A stretch of DNA of 64,000 nucleotides, from the NCBI GenBank assembly GCA_012839865.1, contig DUMO01000045.1:1-64000 (forward strand). The letters are read 5' to 3'. Below the pieces are notes generated by a model. It was given only the letters and a program-made list of their open reading frames with translations. It searched no databases and was not told the DNA's origin. Shown in pieces: positions 31,051 to 41,266 of the stretch (positions are counted from its first letter, which is position 1; every line of letters starts with the position of its first letter). A program made the translations under genes and the position numbers. This DNA is from Clostridiaceae bacterium. GTDB lineage: Bacteria > Bacillota > Clostridia > CAYPLH01 > DUMO01.

Positions 31051-31427
31051 AGTATCACCCATGCATACGTTAAATATTTGTTTATATGATAAAACTTTCA
31101 AATTTCCTTTTGTTATGACTAAAGCTTAGGGCAGCAGTTCTTACCTGCATCCTGCCGCTATTTTGCAATAATTTTTCAATTCTATTTTATCGTATTATTT
31201 TTAAATTTCAAATTATTATTTAAGCAAGTTGCATGTTATTGCCAGAATTGTGGAAATAATTTCAATAAAAATTCTTTTGCTCTTAGCAGGAATTAAAATT
31301 TATATGTAGAATATATATAAAAAATGAATAATAAATTTAGGCATTCCTACCAAGTTAAATGACCTGTCTCTTGGTAAAACCCTGGAGGATAACATTCACC
31401 TCTGTTATCCTTCTGGGTTTTTTCATT

Positions 31428-33515
31428 TTAAGCCTCAATTAAACTTTTTTCAACACAAAATTTCAAATCAAGAACTCTCCTGTCTCCCTCAAAATCTACT
31501 CTCACGAGCACCTTTCCGTCTTTTTCGGCTATTTTTTCAAGCACCTTGCCAAAACCATGTTTTTTATGATAAATCAATTTTCCTTTTTCAATTTTGGCAC
31601 ATGTTCTTTTGAACAAGCAGTCTGTTATTTCATCAATAAACTGTGACCTTATGGTCTTGCTTCCGGCAACATGCAGAGGTGTAACAAAACACACTGTTTC
31701 CTTTGCTCTTGTCATACCCACAAAAAACAGCCTTCTTTCCTCTTCCATCAATGAATCGATACCATTGTCCGCATATTCAATGCTTTGAAGGTTTGGAAAT
31801 TCTCCGTCATACAGATCGATTATATATACATGGTCATACTCAAGTCCCTTTGACCCGTGAACTGTTGAAAGGGTAACTGGTGCCCTTGTGTCATGTGTTC
31901 CATTTGCAAAAAGCTCTTTCAGAAATGTAATTCTGGGCAAAAACGAATCAATTGTCTTAAAATCCGCAGCTATGCTTTTCAATATGCTAAATATGCTTTG
32001 AACGTAGCCAAAGGAACCGCCTGACCTTTCACACTGCCTTTTGGCATTTAACAAAAACCTGAAATTTTCATCTATGTATTCTAATGCCGCCTCCGGGCTC
32101 ATTTTGGCTATTTTCCCTATTTTTTTCTGCAGTTTTTTTATGCTTTTCTTTTGGTCTGCATCCAATTCTCCAAACTTCAACATTCTATCAAGAATACTTC
32201 CGCCATCTCTTTTTGCTGCCGACTCAATCATTTTTTCTGTTATATGACTGTCCAGTTTATGGGCAAGTCTCACAAAAGAAGCATCATCCCATGCGACTGA
32301 AAAGTTCAGTAAAGCTAAAATATCAAGCAAAAACCAATGGTTGAAAAAGAAATTGTCTTTCCCCTGCAGGTTGAAGCCGACGCCATTGCGTTCAAGCATT
32401 TCTGCAGCCAAAATTGCTGAAATGTTGTTGCGGTACAGCACCCCTATGGTTTTCCTGCCCCTGTTGTCCTGCGCAAGCAAACACCTTACTTCATCGGTTA
32501 TAAACCGGGCCTCTTCCTTTTCGTTCCTAACCTCAACAATGTAAGGGTCGGTTTTATATTCATTTGTGGTTCTGTGCTTTTTTTCATACCGCCTTTTGTT
32601 TGCCCTGATAAAATTGCTGCTGAACTCCACAATGTTGCCTGTGGAGCGGTAATTATGCTCTAAAAGGTATATGGCCGGATCTTTATAATTCTTTCCGAAA
32701 TCGAGTATGTATTCAGGTTCCGAGCCACGGAAAGCATATATTGCCTGGTCGTCATCCGCAACAATAAACAGGTTGTTCAAAGGCTCCGCCAGTAATTTTA
32801 CAATTTCAAACTGAATTTTTGACAAATCCTGGCCCTCATCAACCTGAATATATGTATACCGGCTCCTGTAGTTATCAAGCAGCCTGGGGTAATTTCGCAA
32901 TACAGCCAGGGCATAGACAAGCATATCATCAAAATCCAGCAACCTGTTTTCTTTTTTAAATTTTTCATATTCCGAATATATGGCTGAGAAATTTTTTATC
33001 TTTGAATTATAATTTGTTACATCCGGAATTGCCCTGTTCTTTACCAGACAAATTTCATTTACAATATCAGAAAGCCCATCCTCTGTCACAGGTCTGCCAT
33101 TTATTCGGTGGTACAAATTTTTCAGGATGTCACTTTTCATTTTTTTCCTGTCTGTGTCTTCAATCAATTCCAGCCTGATGCCTTTATAATCCTGATACCA
33201 CCTGACAATGGAATAGGAAAAGGCATGCAAAGTAGCAAACCTGATTTTGCAATCACAATAGCTTCGAAATATTGTGTTGAACCTTTGTTCCATTTCATAA
33301 GCCGCAGCCCTGTTAAAGGTAAGGGATATAATATTTCGGGGATTGATGCCTTTTTCAATCACCAGTCTTGCCAGGCGGCAGATAATAACCGTAGTTTTTC
33401 CCGAACCGGGTCCTGCGAGAACCAGGGCAGGCCCATTCTCATGTTCAACAGCCAGTCTTTGCTGCTCATTCAATCTTATGCAAATATTATTGCATACCTG
33501 CTCAAAATATTCCAT
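31428..33515 (-). CDS. UvrD/REP-family helicase (YjcD-like paralog)
   Basis: AGPGSGKT, VDEGQD, DDDQAIY, NYRS, STVHGSKGLE, EERRLFFVGMTRA. Confidence 0.93.
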   Translation of the reverse strand: MEYFEQVCNNICIRLNEQQRLAVEHENGPALVLAGPGSGKTTVIICRLARLVIEKGINPRNIISLTFNRAAAYEMEQRFNTIFRSYCDCKIRFATLHAFSYSIVRWYQDYKGIRLELIEDTDRKKMKSDILKNLYHRINGRPVTEDGLSDIVNEICLVKNRAIPDVTNYNSKIKNFSAIYSEYEKFKKENRLLDFDDMLVYALAVLRNYPRLLDNYRSRYTYIQVDEGQDLSKIQFEIVKLLAEPLNNLFIVADDDQAIYAFRGSEPEYILDFGKNYKDPAIYLLEHNYRSTGNIVEFSSNFIRANKRRYEKKHRTTNEYKTDPYIVEVRNEKEEARFITDEVRCLLAQDNRGRKTIGVLYRNNISAILAAEMLERNGVGFNLQGKDNFFFNHWFLLDILALLNFSVAWDDASFVRLAHKLDSHITEKMIESAAKRDGGSILDRMLKFGELDADQKKSIKKLQKKIGKIAKMSPEAALEYIDENFRFLLNAKRQCERSGGSFGYVQSIFSILKSIAADFKTIDSFLPRITFLKELFANGTHDTRAPVTLSTVHGSKGLEYDHVYIIDLYDGEFPNLQSIEYADNGIDSLMEEERRLFFVGMTRAKETVCFVTPLHVAGSKTIRSQFIDEITDCLFKRTCAKIEKGKLIYHKKHGFGKVLEKIAEKDGKVLVRVDFEGDRRVLDLKFCVEKSLIEA

Positions 33516-33739
33516 TATTTGTTCTCCGGAGTTTATTATTACCAATTGCTATTTTATAACAAGAAAAGCAAGTATTCAAGAATCTCATTCTTCCTTCAGC
33601 GAACCGTCGGTTTTCTCAAAACTTGTAATTGTTCTGCATACATTCTATTTCAACTGTGTTTTGTAAACCATCAGAAACTCAAGAAGAAATTGAATCTTGA
33701 CTTTGATATGGCCATGTGTTAATATATTTCAGCACACTT

Positions 33740-33824
<85 letters not shown>

Positions 33825-34239
33825 CATAAGAACGCTAATATTGATACGATAAGTGTCAACATCAGCGTTCTTTTTTTTGCGTATGCTGGGAATTTCAATC
33901 AAAACTATTTATTTATTATAATATAGAAGTATTACAGATTTATATAATGACAGTTTTATTGTCATTGACAACTTAACTGTCATTATGCAGAATTATTGCT
34001 TTATACGATATACACCTTAAGTTCATAAATTCGTTGCTTGCAAAAACAGCTTTAAATGCTCCTGAAATAATTCTAATATTTTGAACTTCAAATTCATTGC
34101 TTTTACCTTGTATGCATATGTATATTTTGTTAAAATTCAGTTAGCGGAAGTATTATGCCGGCATAATTCTTTAATTTGGCTAATTAACAATTGCATTTTT
34201 TATTATATTCTGCCGGTATTCAAAAGGAGGTATATATCC

Positions 34240-34755
34240 ATGACTGTCATATCTGCCATTGAAAACAGAAGAAGCATCAGAAAATATACTTCACAGGAAG
34301 TTGAGGATGAGAAGCTGAATAAAGTCCTTGAAGCTGCAAGGCTTTCACCGTCAGCCCGAAACCTTCAAAACTGGAAATTTATCGTTGTACGGGATCCCGA
34401 AAAGATATCGGAGCTTGGCAAGGCTGCAGGCTCATCGGGATTTATTGCCCAGGCCCCTGTAATAATTGCAGCATGCGGCACCGACCCTGAAGGTATAATG
34501 AGATGCGGTCAACACCGGCATACGGTTGACTTGTCCATCGCCACGGCATATATTATTCTTGCCGCTTATGAGCAGGGACTGGGAACTTGCTGGATTGGCG
34601 GGTTTGATGAGAAGATGGTGAAAGAAATATTAAACGTGCCGGACAATGTAAGAGTGGTGGCTATAACTCCCCTGGGCTATCCTGATGAAAGCCCTGCTCC
34701 GAGGCCAAGAAAAAAATTAGAAGACATTGTCTGCTTTGAAACCTACAAGCCATAA
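34240..34755 (+). CDS. Nitroreductase family protein
   Basis: RRSIRKY, ARLSPSARNLQNW, GLGTCWIG, LGYP; start reset after AGGAGG. Confidence 0.93.
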   Translation: MTVISAIENRRSIRKYTSQEVEDEKLNKVLEAARLSPSARNLQNWKFIVVRDPEKISELGKAAGSSGFIAQAPVIIAACGTDPEGIMRCGQHRHTVDLSIATAYIILAAYEQGLGTCWIGGFDEKMVKEILNVPDNVRVVAITPLGYPDESPAPRPRKKLEDIVCFETYKP

Positions 34756-34901
34756 ACTGTTGATGGAATAGGTATTTTAAGGTGCCGGTGGCAAATCTCT
34801 TACAAACAATCCGGCACCTTGAGCCCGAATAAACATCTAAAAAAACTGTGTATAGTCAGCAATACCTGCCCGGTGGAAGTGGTTTGGGAAAAGCCCGGGA
34901 G

Positions 34902-35016
34902 GTCAAGATAAGCCTTCATTCCAGTGACTAAAGTCATGGGCTTTCGGCTAAGCTCTTGTAACAGGCAGTAATGCCTGTCAATACGAAGCTCACCATTAAG
35001 TGGCGGCTTGGTTCAC
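34902..35016. mobile_element. Remnant IS200/IS605-family terminal palindromes, no transposase
   Basis: TTCATTCCAGTGACTAAAGTCATGGGCTTTC and GAAGCTCACCATTAAGTGGCGGCTTGGTTCAC resemble subterminal hairpins of this family (recognised from memory). Confidence 0.55.
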
Positions 35017-37178
35017 AGTTTCACGAGGTTGGCATATTTGGCCATCAGCCTTTTCATCCCTGACTTTCTGAACTGTATTTCAACTTTAAAGTCGTCCTCT
35101 ACTTCTTCAATAGATACAATTATTCCAACGCCAAATTTTCTGTGGACCACCATGTCACCTTCACAAAAATCAAAATTCGGCTTTTCATTTTTTGTCTGTT
35201 TTATAAATCCGTTTGCTGCAAATCCGCCTGTAAAAACACTACCTTTTGAAGACGTTCTGTTTGCATCCTCCAGAAGCATGCTGTCAACTTCTTCTTTAAA
35301 TCTGGAAACCAGATTAAATGAGGTACTGCCAAACAATGTCCTGCTTTTTGCATTGACAAGGTACAGCAATTCCTTTGCACGGGTGATTCCTACATAGCAT
35401 AATCTCCGTTCTTCTTCCAGCTGGGTTTCATAAGCTACCGACCTGTAGCTTGGGAAAACGCCTTCCTCCATACCGGTAATAAAAACCACCGGAAATTCAA
35501 GGCCTTTTGCGCTATGCAGCGTCATCAGCACTACACTGTCCTCCTTGTCGGAAAAACCGTCAATATCAGAAACCAGTGAAATCTGTGCCAGGAAATCCTC
35601 CAGACCTCCCGAATTTTCCTGTGCTTCAAATTCCAAAGCAACCGATATGAGCTCTTTTATGTTTTCAATTCTTGAGTTTGCTTCAATCGTGTCTTCCTTT
35701 TCCAGTTCGGATAATAGTCCTGATACCTCAATGACTCTTCCGATAAGTTCCGACACCGGTATTTGATCCTTCATGCCTGTAAACTCTTCTATCATATTGC
35801 AAAAAGAATCGAGTTTGGAACTTGCCCTTTGCAGTTCGGGATAGAGATTTGATGACCTTATGACATTATATATGCTGTCCTCATTTATTGACGCAATTTC
35901 TTCGGCTCTTTCCAGAGTAGTGGAGCCAATGCCCCTTCTGGGCGTATTTATTATTCTTTTAAGGCTGATAGTATCACCGGGATTTTGTATTACCCTGAGG
36001 TACGCAAGTACATCCTTTATCTCTTTCCTGTCATAGAACCGTAAACCGCCTACTATCTTATAGGGAATTCCCTCCCTGATAAATGTATCCTCAATAACAC
36101 GGGATTGTGCATTCATACGGTAAAGCACAGCAAAGTCCCTGTAATTTTTCCCCTTGCTGCAAAGATGTTTGATTTCACTTGCAACAAATACTGCCTCGGC
36201 GTGTTCATTGTCTCCCTCAAAGCTCTTTATTTTTTCCCCCTCGATATTTTGCGTCCATAGTTTCTTATCCTTACGCTCTTTATTGTTCCTGATAACACTG
36301 TAGGCCGCCTTCAAAATTGTTTGCGTGGAACGGTAGTTTTGCTCCAGCTTGATTACCCTGCAGTCTTTGAATTCCTTCTCAAAGTCCAGTATATTTCTTA
36401 TATTGGCTCCTCTGAAAAGATAGATGGACTGGTCGTCGTCCCCTACAACGCAAATATTGCGGTGCTTCTGGGCTAAAAGGCTGACAAGGTGGTACTGGGC
36501 TGTATTTGTATCCTGATATTCATCCACCATTATGTAACGGAATTGGTTCTGGAAAAGCTGAAGCACATCATTGTTTTCAATAAAAAGCTTAATTGTATAA
36601 AAAAGAATATCATCAAAATCCAGAGCATTGTTAAGGCGCAATTTTTTCTGGTATAAAGCATATATTTCGCCCATAACTCTCGACCGGAAATCTGATTCAT
36701 TCATCTTCATGTATCTGTCTGGCTCAATTAATTCATCCTTTGCCCTGGATATTGCATTGAGGACTGCTTTTGGATCATAAAGGCGCTCATTAACATTGAT
36801 CTCTTTCATACAGTCCTGAATGAGTGTTTTCTGGTCGGCAGAATCATATATAACAAAATTACGTTTGAACCCGATTCTATCAATATGGCGTCTCAGTATC
36901 CTGACGCATGCTGAATGAAAAGTGCTTATCCACATGTCTTTTGCTGTTTCGCCAAGTATCCCCTCAACTCTTTCCTTCATCTCATTTGCTGCCTTGTTGG
37001 TAAAAGTAATGGCAAGTATCCTTCCGGGATTAACGTTTTTTTCTTTGATTAGATATGCAATCCTGTGGGTAAGTACTCTTGTTTTGCCGGATCCGGCTCC
37101 TGCCAGTATCAAAAGAGGCCCCTCCGTATGCATTACTGCTTCTTTCTGCTCTTTATTCAAACCCTTCAGTAAGTCCAT
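35013..37178 (-). CDS. pcrA: ATP-dependent DNA helicase PcrA
   Basis: AGAGSGKT, VDEYQDTN, VGDDDQSIY, MTLHSAKGLEF, C-terminal Tudor-like domain. Confidence 0.96.
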   Translation of the reverse strand: MDLLKGLNKEQKEAVMHTEGPLLILAGAGSGKTRVLTHRIAYLIKEKNVNPGRILAITFTNKAANEMKERVEGILGETAKDMWISTFHSACVRILRRHIDRIGFKRNFVIYDSADQKTLIQDCMKEINVNERLYDPKAVLNAISRAKDELIEPDRYMKMNESDFRSRVMGEIYALYQKKLRLNNALDFDDILFYTIKLFIENNDVLQLFQNQFRYIMVDEYQDTNTAQYHLVSLLAQKHRNICVVGDDDQSIYLFRGANIRNILDFEKEFKDCRVIKLEQNYRSTQTILKAAYSVIRNNKERKDKKLWTQNIEGEKIKSFEGDNEHAEAVFVASEIKHLCSKGKNYRDFAVLYRMNAQSRVIEDTFIREGIPYKIVGGLRFYDRKEIKDVLAYLRVIQNPGDTISLKRIINTPRRGIGSTTLERAEEIASINEDSIYNVIRSSNLYPELQRASSKLDSFCNMIEEFTGMKDQIPVSELIGRVIEVSGLLSELEKEDTIEANSRIENIKELISVALEFEAQENSGGLEDFLAQISLVSDIDGFSDKEDSVVLMTLHSAKGLEFPVVFITGMEEGVFPSYRSVAYETQLEEERRLCYVGITRAKELLYLVNAKSRTLFGSTSFNLVSRFKEEVDSMLLEDANRTSSKGSVFTGGFAANGFIKQTKNEKPNFDFCEGDMVVHRKFGVGIIVSIEEVEDDFKVEIQFRKSGMKRLMAKYANLVKL

Positions 37179-37361
37179 TTTTCTCTCCTGTTTTTCTATA
37201 CTTATTTTAAAATTATACAGCAGAACATTAGTTCTTACAAGTGACAATTTAAACGGTGCAGTTTAATGCTGCACCGTTATATTATAATCAATTCCATATA
37301 ACTTGTCTTGCCTATAATTTTAAATTACCGGATATGGAATCTGTCACAAAACTGCATATTT

Positions 37362-37901
37362 TTAAAATTCAGGCTCAATCAGCCCATAATCACCGTCTTT
37401 CCTTTTATATACAACATTCACTTCGTTTGTTTGGGCATTTGAAAATACGAAAAACGAGTGTCCCAAAAGATTCATTTGGAGTATTGCTTCTTCAACAGCC
37501 ATTGGCTTTATTGCAAATTTCTTGGTCTTTACAATTTTGAAATCAGTAACTTCTTCCTGAAGTTTATCAGCCTCATCCTTTAATGCATTTTCAAACTTAA
37601 AGGCGTTCTTATGCAGGCTTTTTGCCAGGCGGGTTTTATACTTTCCAAGCTGCCTCTCAAGTATGTCCACCACCTTGTCAATGCATGCATACATATCGTC
37701 GCCTGATTCTTCAGCCCTTAAAACAGCACCGTTAAAATAAATGGTCACCTCAAGAATGTGCCTGTTTCTCTGGACGCTCATCCTTACTTGTGCATCAGCA
37801 TCAGGCTTGAAGAATTTGCTGAGCTTGCCCAGCTTCTTCTCAATACGCTCTTTAAGAGCTTCTGTAACTTCAAAATTTCTGCCGCTGATATTGATTTTCA
37901 T
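37362..37901 (-). CDS. hpf: Ribosome hibernation promoting factor (long form)
   Basis: MKINISGRNFEVTEAL, DMYACIDKVVD, KPMAVEEAILQM, VYKRKDGDYGLI. Confidence 0.95.
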   Translation of the reverse strand: MKINISGRNFEVTEALKERIEKKLGKLSKFFKPDADAQVRMSVQRNRHILEVTIYFNGAVLRAEESGDDMYACIDKVVDILERQLGKYKTRLAKSLHKNAFKFENALKDEADKLQEEVTDFKIVKTKKFAIKPMAVEEAILQMNLLGHSFFVFSNAQTNEVNVVYKRKDGDYGLIEPEF

Positions 37902-38122
37902 AAATCCCAGCTCCTTTCTATTTTTTAAGGAATTAATAGAGCCATAAATCTATAGTAAATAACATGAAGCCTTTTTTCGGTTATCAAATCTTTAAATTAC
38001 TTTTTTTAATCTTCAGCTTGTACTTACCTTTATAAATTATTACCCAATATTTCTATAGTTCAACACAGTTTCCTATATTTATTTTATAATAGCCGGTATT
38101 AAACTTCAACTCACAGGTGTTT

Positions 38123-38219
38123 TAATTCACAAAACGGGTGTTTTGTGCACATAAATCCTGTGGATAATGTGCATAATTCTGTGAATAATTAGATTTCGGC
38201 TGTTTCAGGCTGTGGATAA
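38123..38219. promoter_or_regulatory. DnaA-box cluster
   Basis: Four exact TTATNCACA matches on the minus strand (38159-67, 38168-76, 38180-88, 38211-19) and two 1-mismatch boxes on the plus strand (38123-31, 38143-51). Confidence 0.8.
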
Positions 38220-38254
38220 TAATCCCCGGCAGGATTTTATGTAAATTACCCATA

Positions 38255-38704
38255 TTAGTCTCCTTCGTGCCTGGTCTTGCATTTGCTGCAATAGCCATAA
38301 AATTTCACCCTGTGATCAACTATTTGAAAATCATACTCTGTACTAAGCTGATTCTCAAGATTTTCAAGAAGGTCCTCCTCTACACTTGTGACAGAGCCGC
38401 AACCCATACATATGAGATGATGGTGCCTGTGGTCTTCATCGTCACTTAGCTCATACCTGTTGAATCCGTCATCAAAATTAAGCTTGTTTACAATACCAAG
38501 TTTCACGAACAATAAAAGAGTACGGTAGACTGTGGCAAGTCCTATGTCCGGGAAAGACTCCTTAACCTTTCTGTAAATTTCCTCAGTGCTCAAGTGGGAA
38601 GCGCTGTTCTCTGAAATGGCGTCAATTACTGCCTGCCTTTGAGGAGTAATTTTATTGCCGTTTTCTCTTAATTGCCTTATCAAATTCTCCTTAATATCTG
38701 ACAT
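38255..38704 (-). CDS. fur: Fur-family transcriptional regulator
   Basis: KITPQR, GLATVYRTL, HHHLICMGCG, FYGYCSKC. Confidence 0.9.
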   Translation of the reverse strand: MSDIKENLIRQLRENGNKITPQRQAVIDAISENSASHLSTEEIYRKVKESFPDIGLATVYRTLLLFVKLGIVNKLNFDDGFNRYELSDDEDHRHHHLICMGCGSVTSVEEDLLENLENQLSTEYDFQIVDHRVKFYGYCSKCKTRHEGD

Positions 38705-38963
38705 ATAAAATACCTCAAAGAAAATAAGTTTATATTTATAGTATAGCAAATGGTAAAATTCTTTCAATAAATATATAACTTTAATCGTAAATATATTTTT
38801 ACCGCTCAGACATATTATTTTATAAACCCTCAGATCTCATACGGTCAATTACAGTCAAACCGGCAGTTAAAGTAAAAATTTCCGGCAGAAAAAAAAGGCA
38901 TGGTAAACTCAGTTTAAAATGCCTTTAAGTCCCGGGATTCAGCCAGGCTGAAGGAAAATTGTT

Positions 38964-39644
38964 TTATGGATTGACAACAGTCGGTGTCCGGCCGATTCCT
39001 CTTGCCGCTCTGGTAAGTGCTGTCCAGGTGGCACACCCTGCTATCCCATCCGGGCTTAATCCTCTGGATCTTTGAAAGTTTATCAGTGCTCTCTGGGTAC
39101 CCCCGCCAAATATGCCATCCAGTCCTGAGCCGGTGTATCCAAGGGCATTAAGGGCATCTTGAAGGACAAGAACATATTGATTGACTGATCCCCGTCTTAC
39201 CAATGGATACCCGGCAGGACAAGCAGGAGGACCCAACCTCCGGTCTACATGCACCCAGGTCGGAGTAAGGTAAGCCGGCTCAACATAAACCCAAACTCCT
39301 AATCTGGACGCAAGGTTTCTCAGCTCATTTCTTTCTTCAGGCGTGGCAGTTTGTGCCAAATCCAGGGCAACTCCCGCATAATGCTGTGACTGATACCCAT
39401 GGCCTCCCTCCCAAATGCGTTTGAATGCAAAGCCTACGTAAATGTTTCGTCCCCAGGCATTTCGCGTTGCATTCCAGGCTTCCATTGTTCTCACATCGGT
39501 CCATAACACACTTGAATCGGAGCTGCCGCGAAACTCACGTACCAGTAGGGTCCTGCCGGTGCTATAGGGCATAGGATCGCTCTCCGCCTGCTGGTATATT
39601 TCCATATTGTTTGAATAGTTGTTATATACAAGAATTGTTGCCAT
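38964..39644 (-). CDS. Peptidase M15-like domain plus PG-binding domain; probable cell-wall/spore hydrolase
   Basis: SQHYAGVALD (SxHxxGxAxD), WVHVD; C-terminal LQDAL..DGIFGGGT..FQ..GL..DGIAG. Confidence 0.75.
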   Translation of the reverse strand: MATILVYNNYSNNMEIYQQAESDPMPYSTGRTLLVREFRGSSDSSVLWTDVRTMEAWNATRNAWGRNIYVGFAFKRIWEGGHGYQSQHYAGVALDLAQTATPEERNELRNLASRLGVWVYVEPAYLTPTWVHVDRRLGPPACPAGYPLVRRGSVNQYVLVLQDALNALGYTGSGLDGIFGGGTQRALINFQRSRGLSPDGIAGCATWTALTRAARGIGRTPTVVNP

Positions 39645-39812
39645 ATAAAAACCTCCATTTACATAAATGATTACAGTTCATTATATGAAAATGGAGGCAA
39701 ATCGTGTGTTTTGTCAAATTTCAAACCGGTATCCGTTTTATTGTCTTTTAACAAACCAAAGCAAAATATTGTTGAATGTTGTGTCGCATATCTTTTTCAA
39801 GGCTTTTGACCA

Positions 39813-40859
39813 TTAATATGCCGAATCAAAGCCTTCCAGTATCTGAACATCATATTGGCCGCTGCCAAGAGCTTCATTTATCATGTCCTGAAATTTGCTG
39901 GCTTTATAATATTGTTCAACTATTTCCCTGTTTGCCTCAAAAGTGTTGTCTATACTATCCAGTTTCATTACATGAAAACCATAATAAGTCCGTATTAATC
40001 CTGTATCACCTGGCTGATGGGAAAAGGTCCAGTCTTCAAACTCTTGAATAAATTGCCCATACATGACTTCATACATTCCGCCATAATCTTTCGAGCCATC
40101 ATCTTCACTATATTCCTGGGCAAGGGTGGCTATATCCTCTCCCGCATTTACCCTGTTCAGCAAATCCTGTGCCTGCTTCTGTTTTTCCGCAACAGTTTCG
40201 TCATCGGCGTCTTCTGCGCATTTTATAAGGATATGCCTTACCACTGCCTTGTCAAACATTTCCCTGTTATATTCGTAATAGGAAGTCAATTCCTCTTCCG
40301 TTGCAGGAATTTCAGGGACTTTGGCATCCATATACTTTCTGGCAGTTACTATCTCTTTATATATTCTCTCAGCTTTTCTCATGCTGACACCATAGTAGGT
40401 TTTGACATATTCTGAAAGGCTTACGCCCTTCCTTTGTGCCTCTTCCTTCAAGGAATCCCTGAAGGTTTTCCATTCTTCATTAAGAGTCTTTCTGTCAACT
40501 TTGAATCTTTCCTCATCAGCTTTCAAAAGCAGCATTTCGACCTGGGCGGCTTCTGACAATGCCTGGTTTTTCAACGTATCCATGAGGGAGCCATAACCAC
40601 TGTCTTTATATAAATAGCTATTAACATCCTCGTAAGGACTTTTATTTTTTAAAGCTTCCTGAACGTATTGAGTCAGGTAATAATTGAACTCGTATCCGTC
40701 AATAACTCTCTTGCCAATTTTTGCTACATCCTTGGGTATCGCCATTCTTATAAACATATAAACTATAGCCAGGACAATGATTGATGCAAAAACATAAAAT
40801 GTTTTTACACCGGAATCCACCTTTGGTTTTGTTTTTTGTTTATTGTCTTTTTTCGCCAT
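39813..40859 (-). CDS. PrsA-like parvulin peptidyl-prolyl isomerase
   Basis: N-terminal TM; RHILI, LAQEYSED.GS...GG, YGFHVMK. Confidence 0.85.
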   Translation of the reverse strand: MAKKDNKQKTKPKVDSGVKTFYVFASIIVLAIVYMFIRMAIPKDVAKIGKRVIDGYEFNYYLTQYVQEALKNKSPYEDVNSYLYKDSGYGSLMDTLKNQALSEAAQVEMLLLKADEERFKVDRKTLNEEWKTFRDSLKEEAQRKGVSLSEYVKTYYGVSMRKAERIYKEIVTARKYMDAKVPEIPATEEELTSYYEYNREMFDKAVVRHILIKCAEDADDETVAEKQKQAQDLLNRVNAGEDIATLAQEYSEDDGSKDYGGMYEVMYGQFIQEFEDWTFSHQPGDTGLIRTYYGFHVMKLDSIDNTFEANREIVEQYYKASKFQDMINEALGSGQYDVQILEGFDSAY

Positions 40860-41266
40860 ACAATCACCCCACCAGTTTTTTGTTAGTCTTATTATGATGC
40901 TAATTTTTCAAAATAACCTGTATAAGTAAAACCGGAGTATTTTCCCCTCTTTTTGCAATCAGACTTCAAACTGATTTTATAAATAAAAGCCAGTATTTAT
41001 CTTACCATATATCATTAAACACTGCCATATTTAAATTGGTCAAGTTCAAAATTTCATCCAAATTTCATTTTATGGTTCCAAACAGGTTATAGAATACATC
41101 ACAAAAGGACATTTAATTCAAATAAAGCCATTTTGTATCCAATATGCTATTTGTTTCCACGCATATCCATCATTGACATCCATTTACATTTGTGCTAATA
41201 TATATTTAGAGTTATTTCACAGGCTGTTACAAAGAGCCTGTCATTTGAAAACATTGGAAAAAGGAG

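Noticed and set aside
37980..38219. DnaA-box cluster as oriC
   Set aside because: No dnaA/dnaN/gyr neighbourhood and no clear DnaA-trio run; kept only as a non-origin cluster.
39651..39697. CCTCCATTT/AAATGGAGG inverted repeat as an SD-sequestering hairpin
   Set aside because: The upstream arm lies within the predicted promoter spacer and would not be transcribed.
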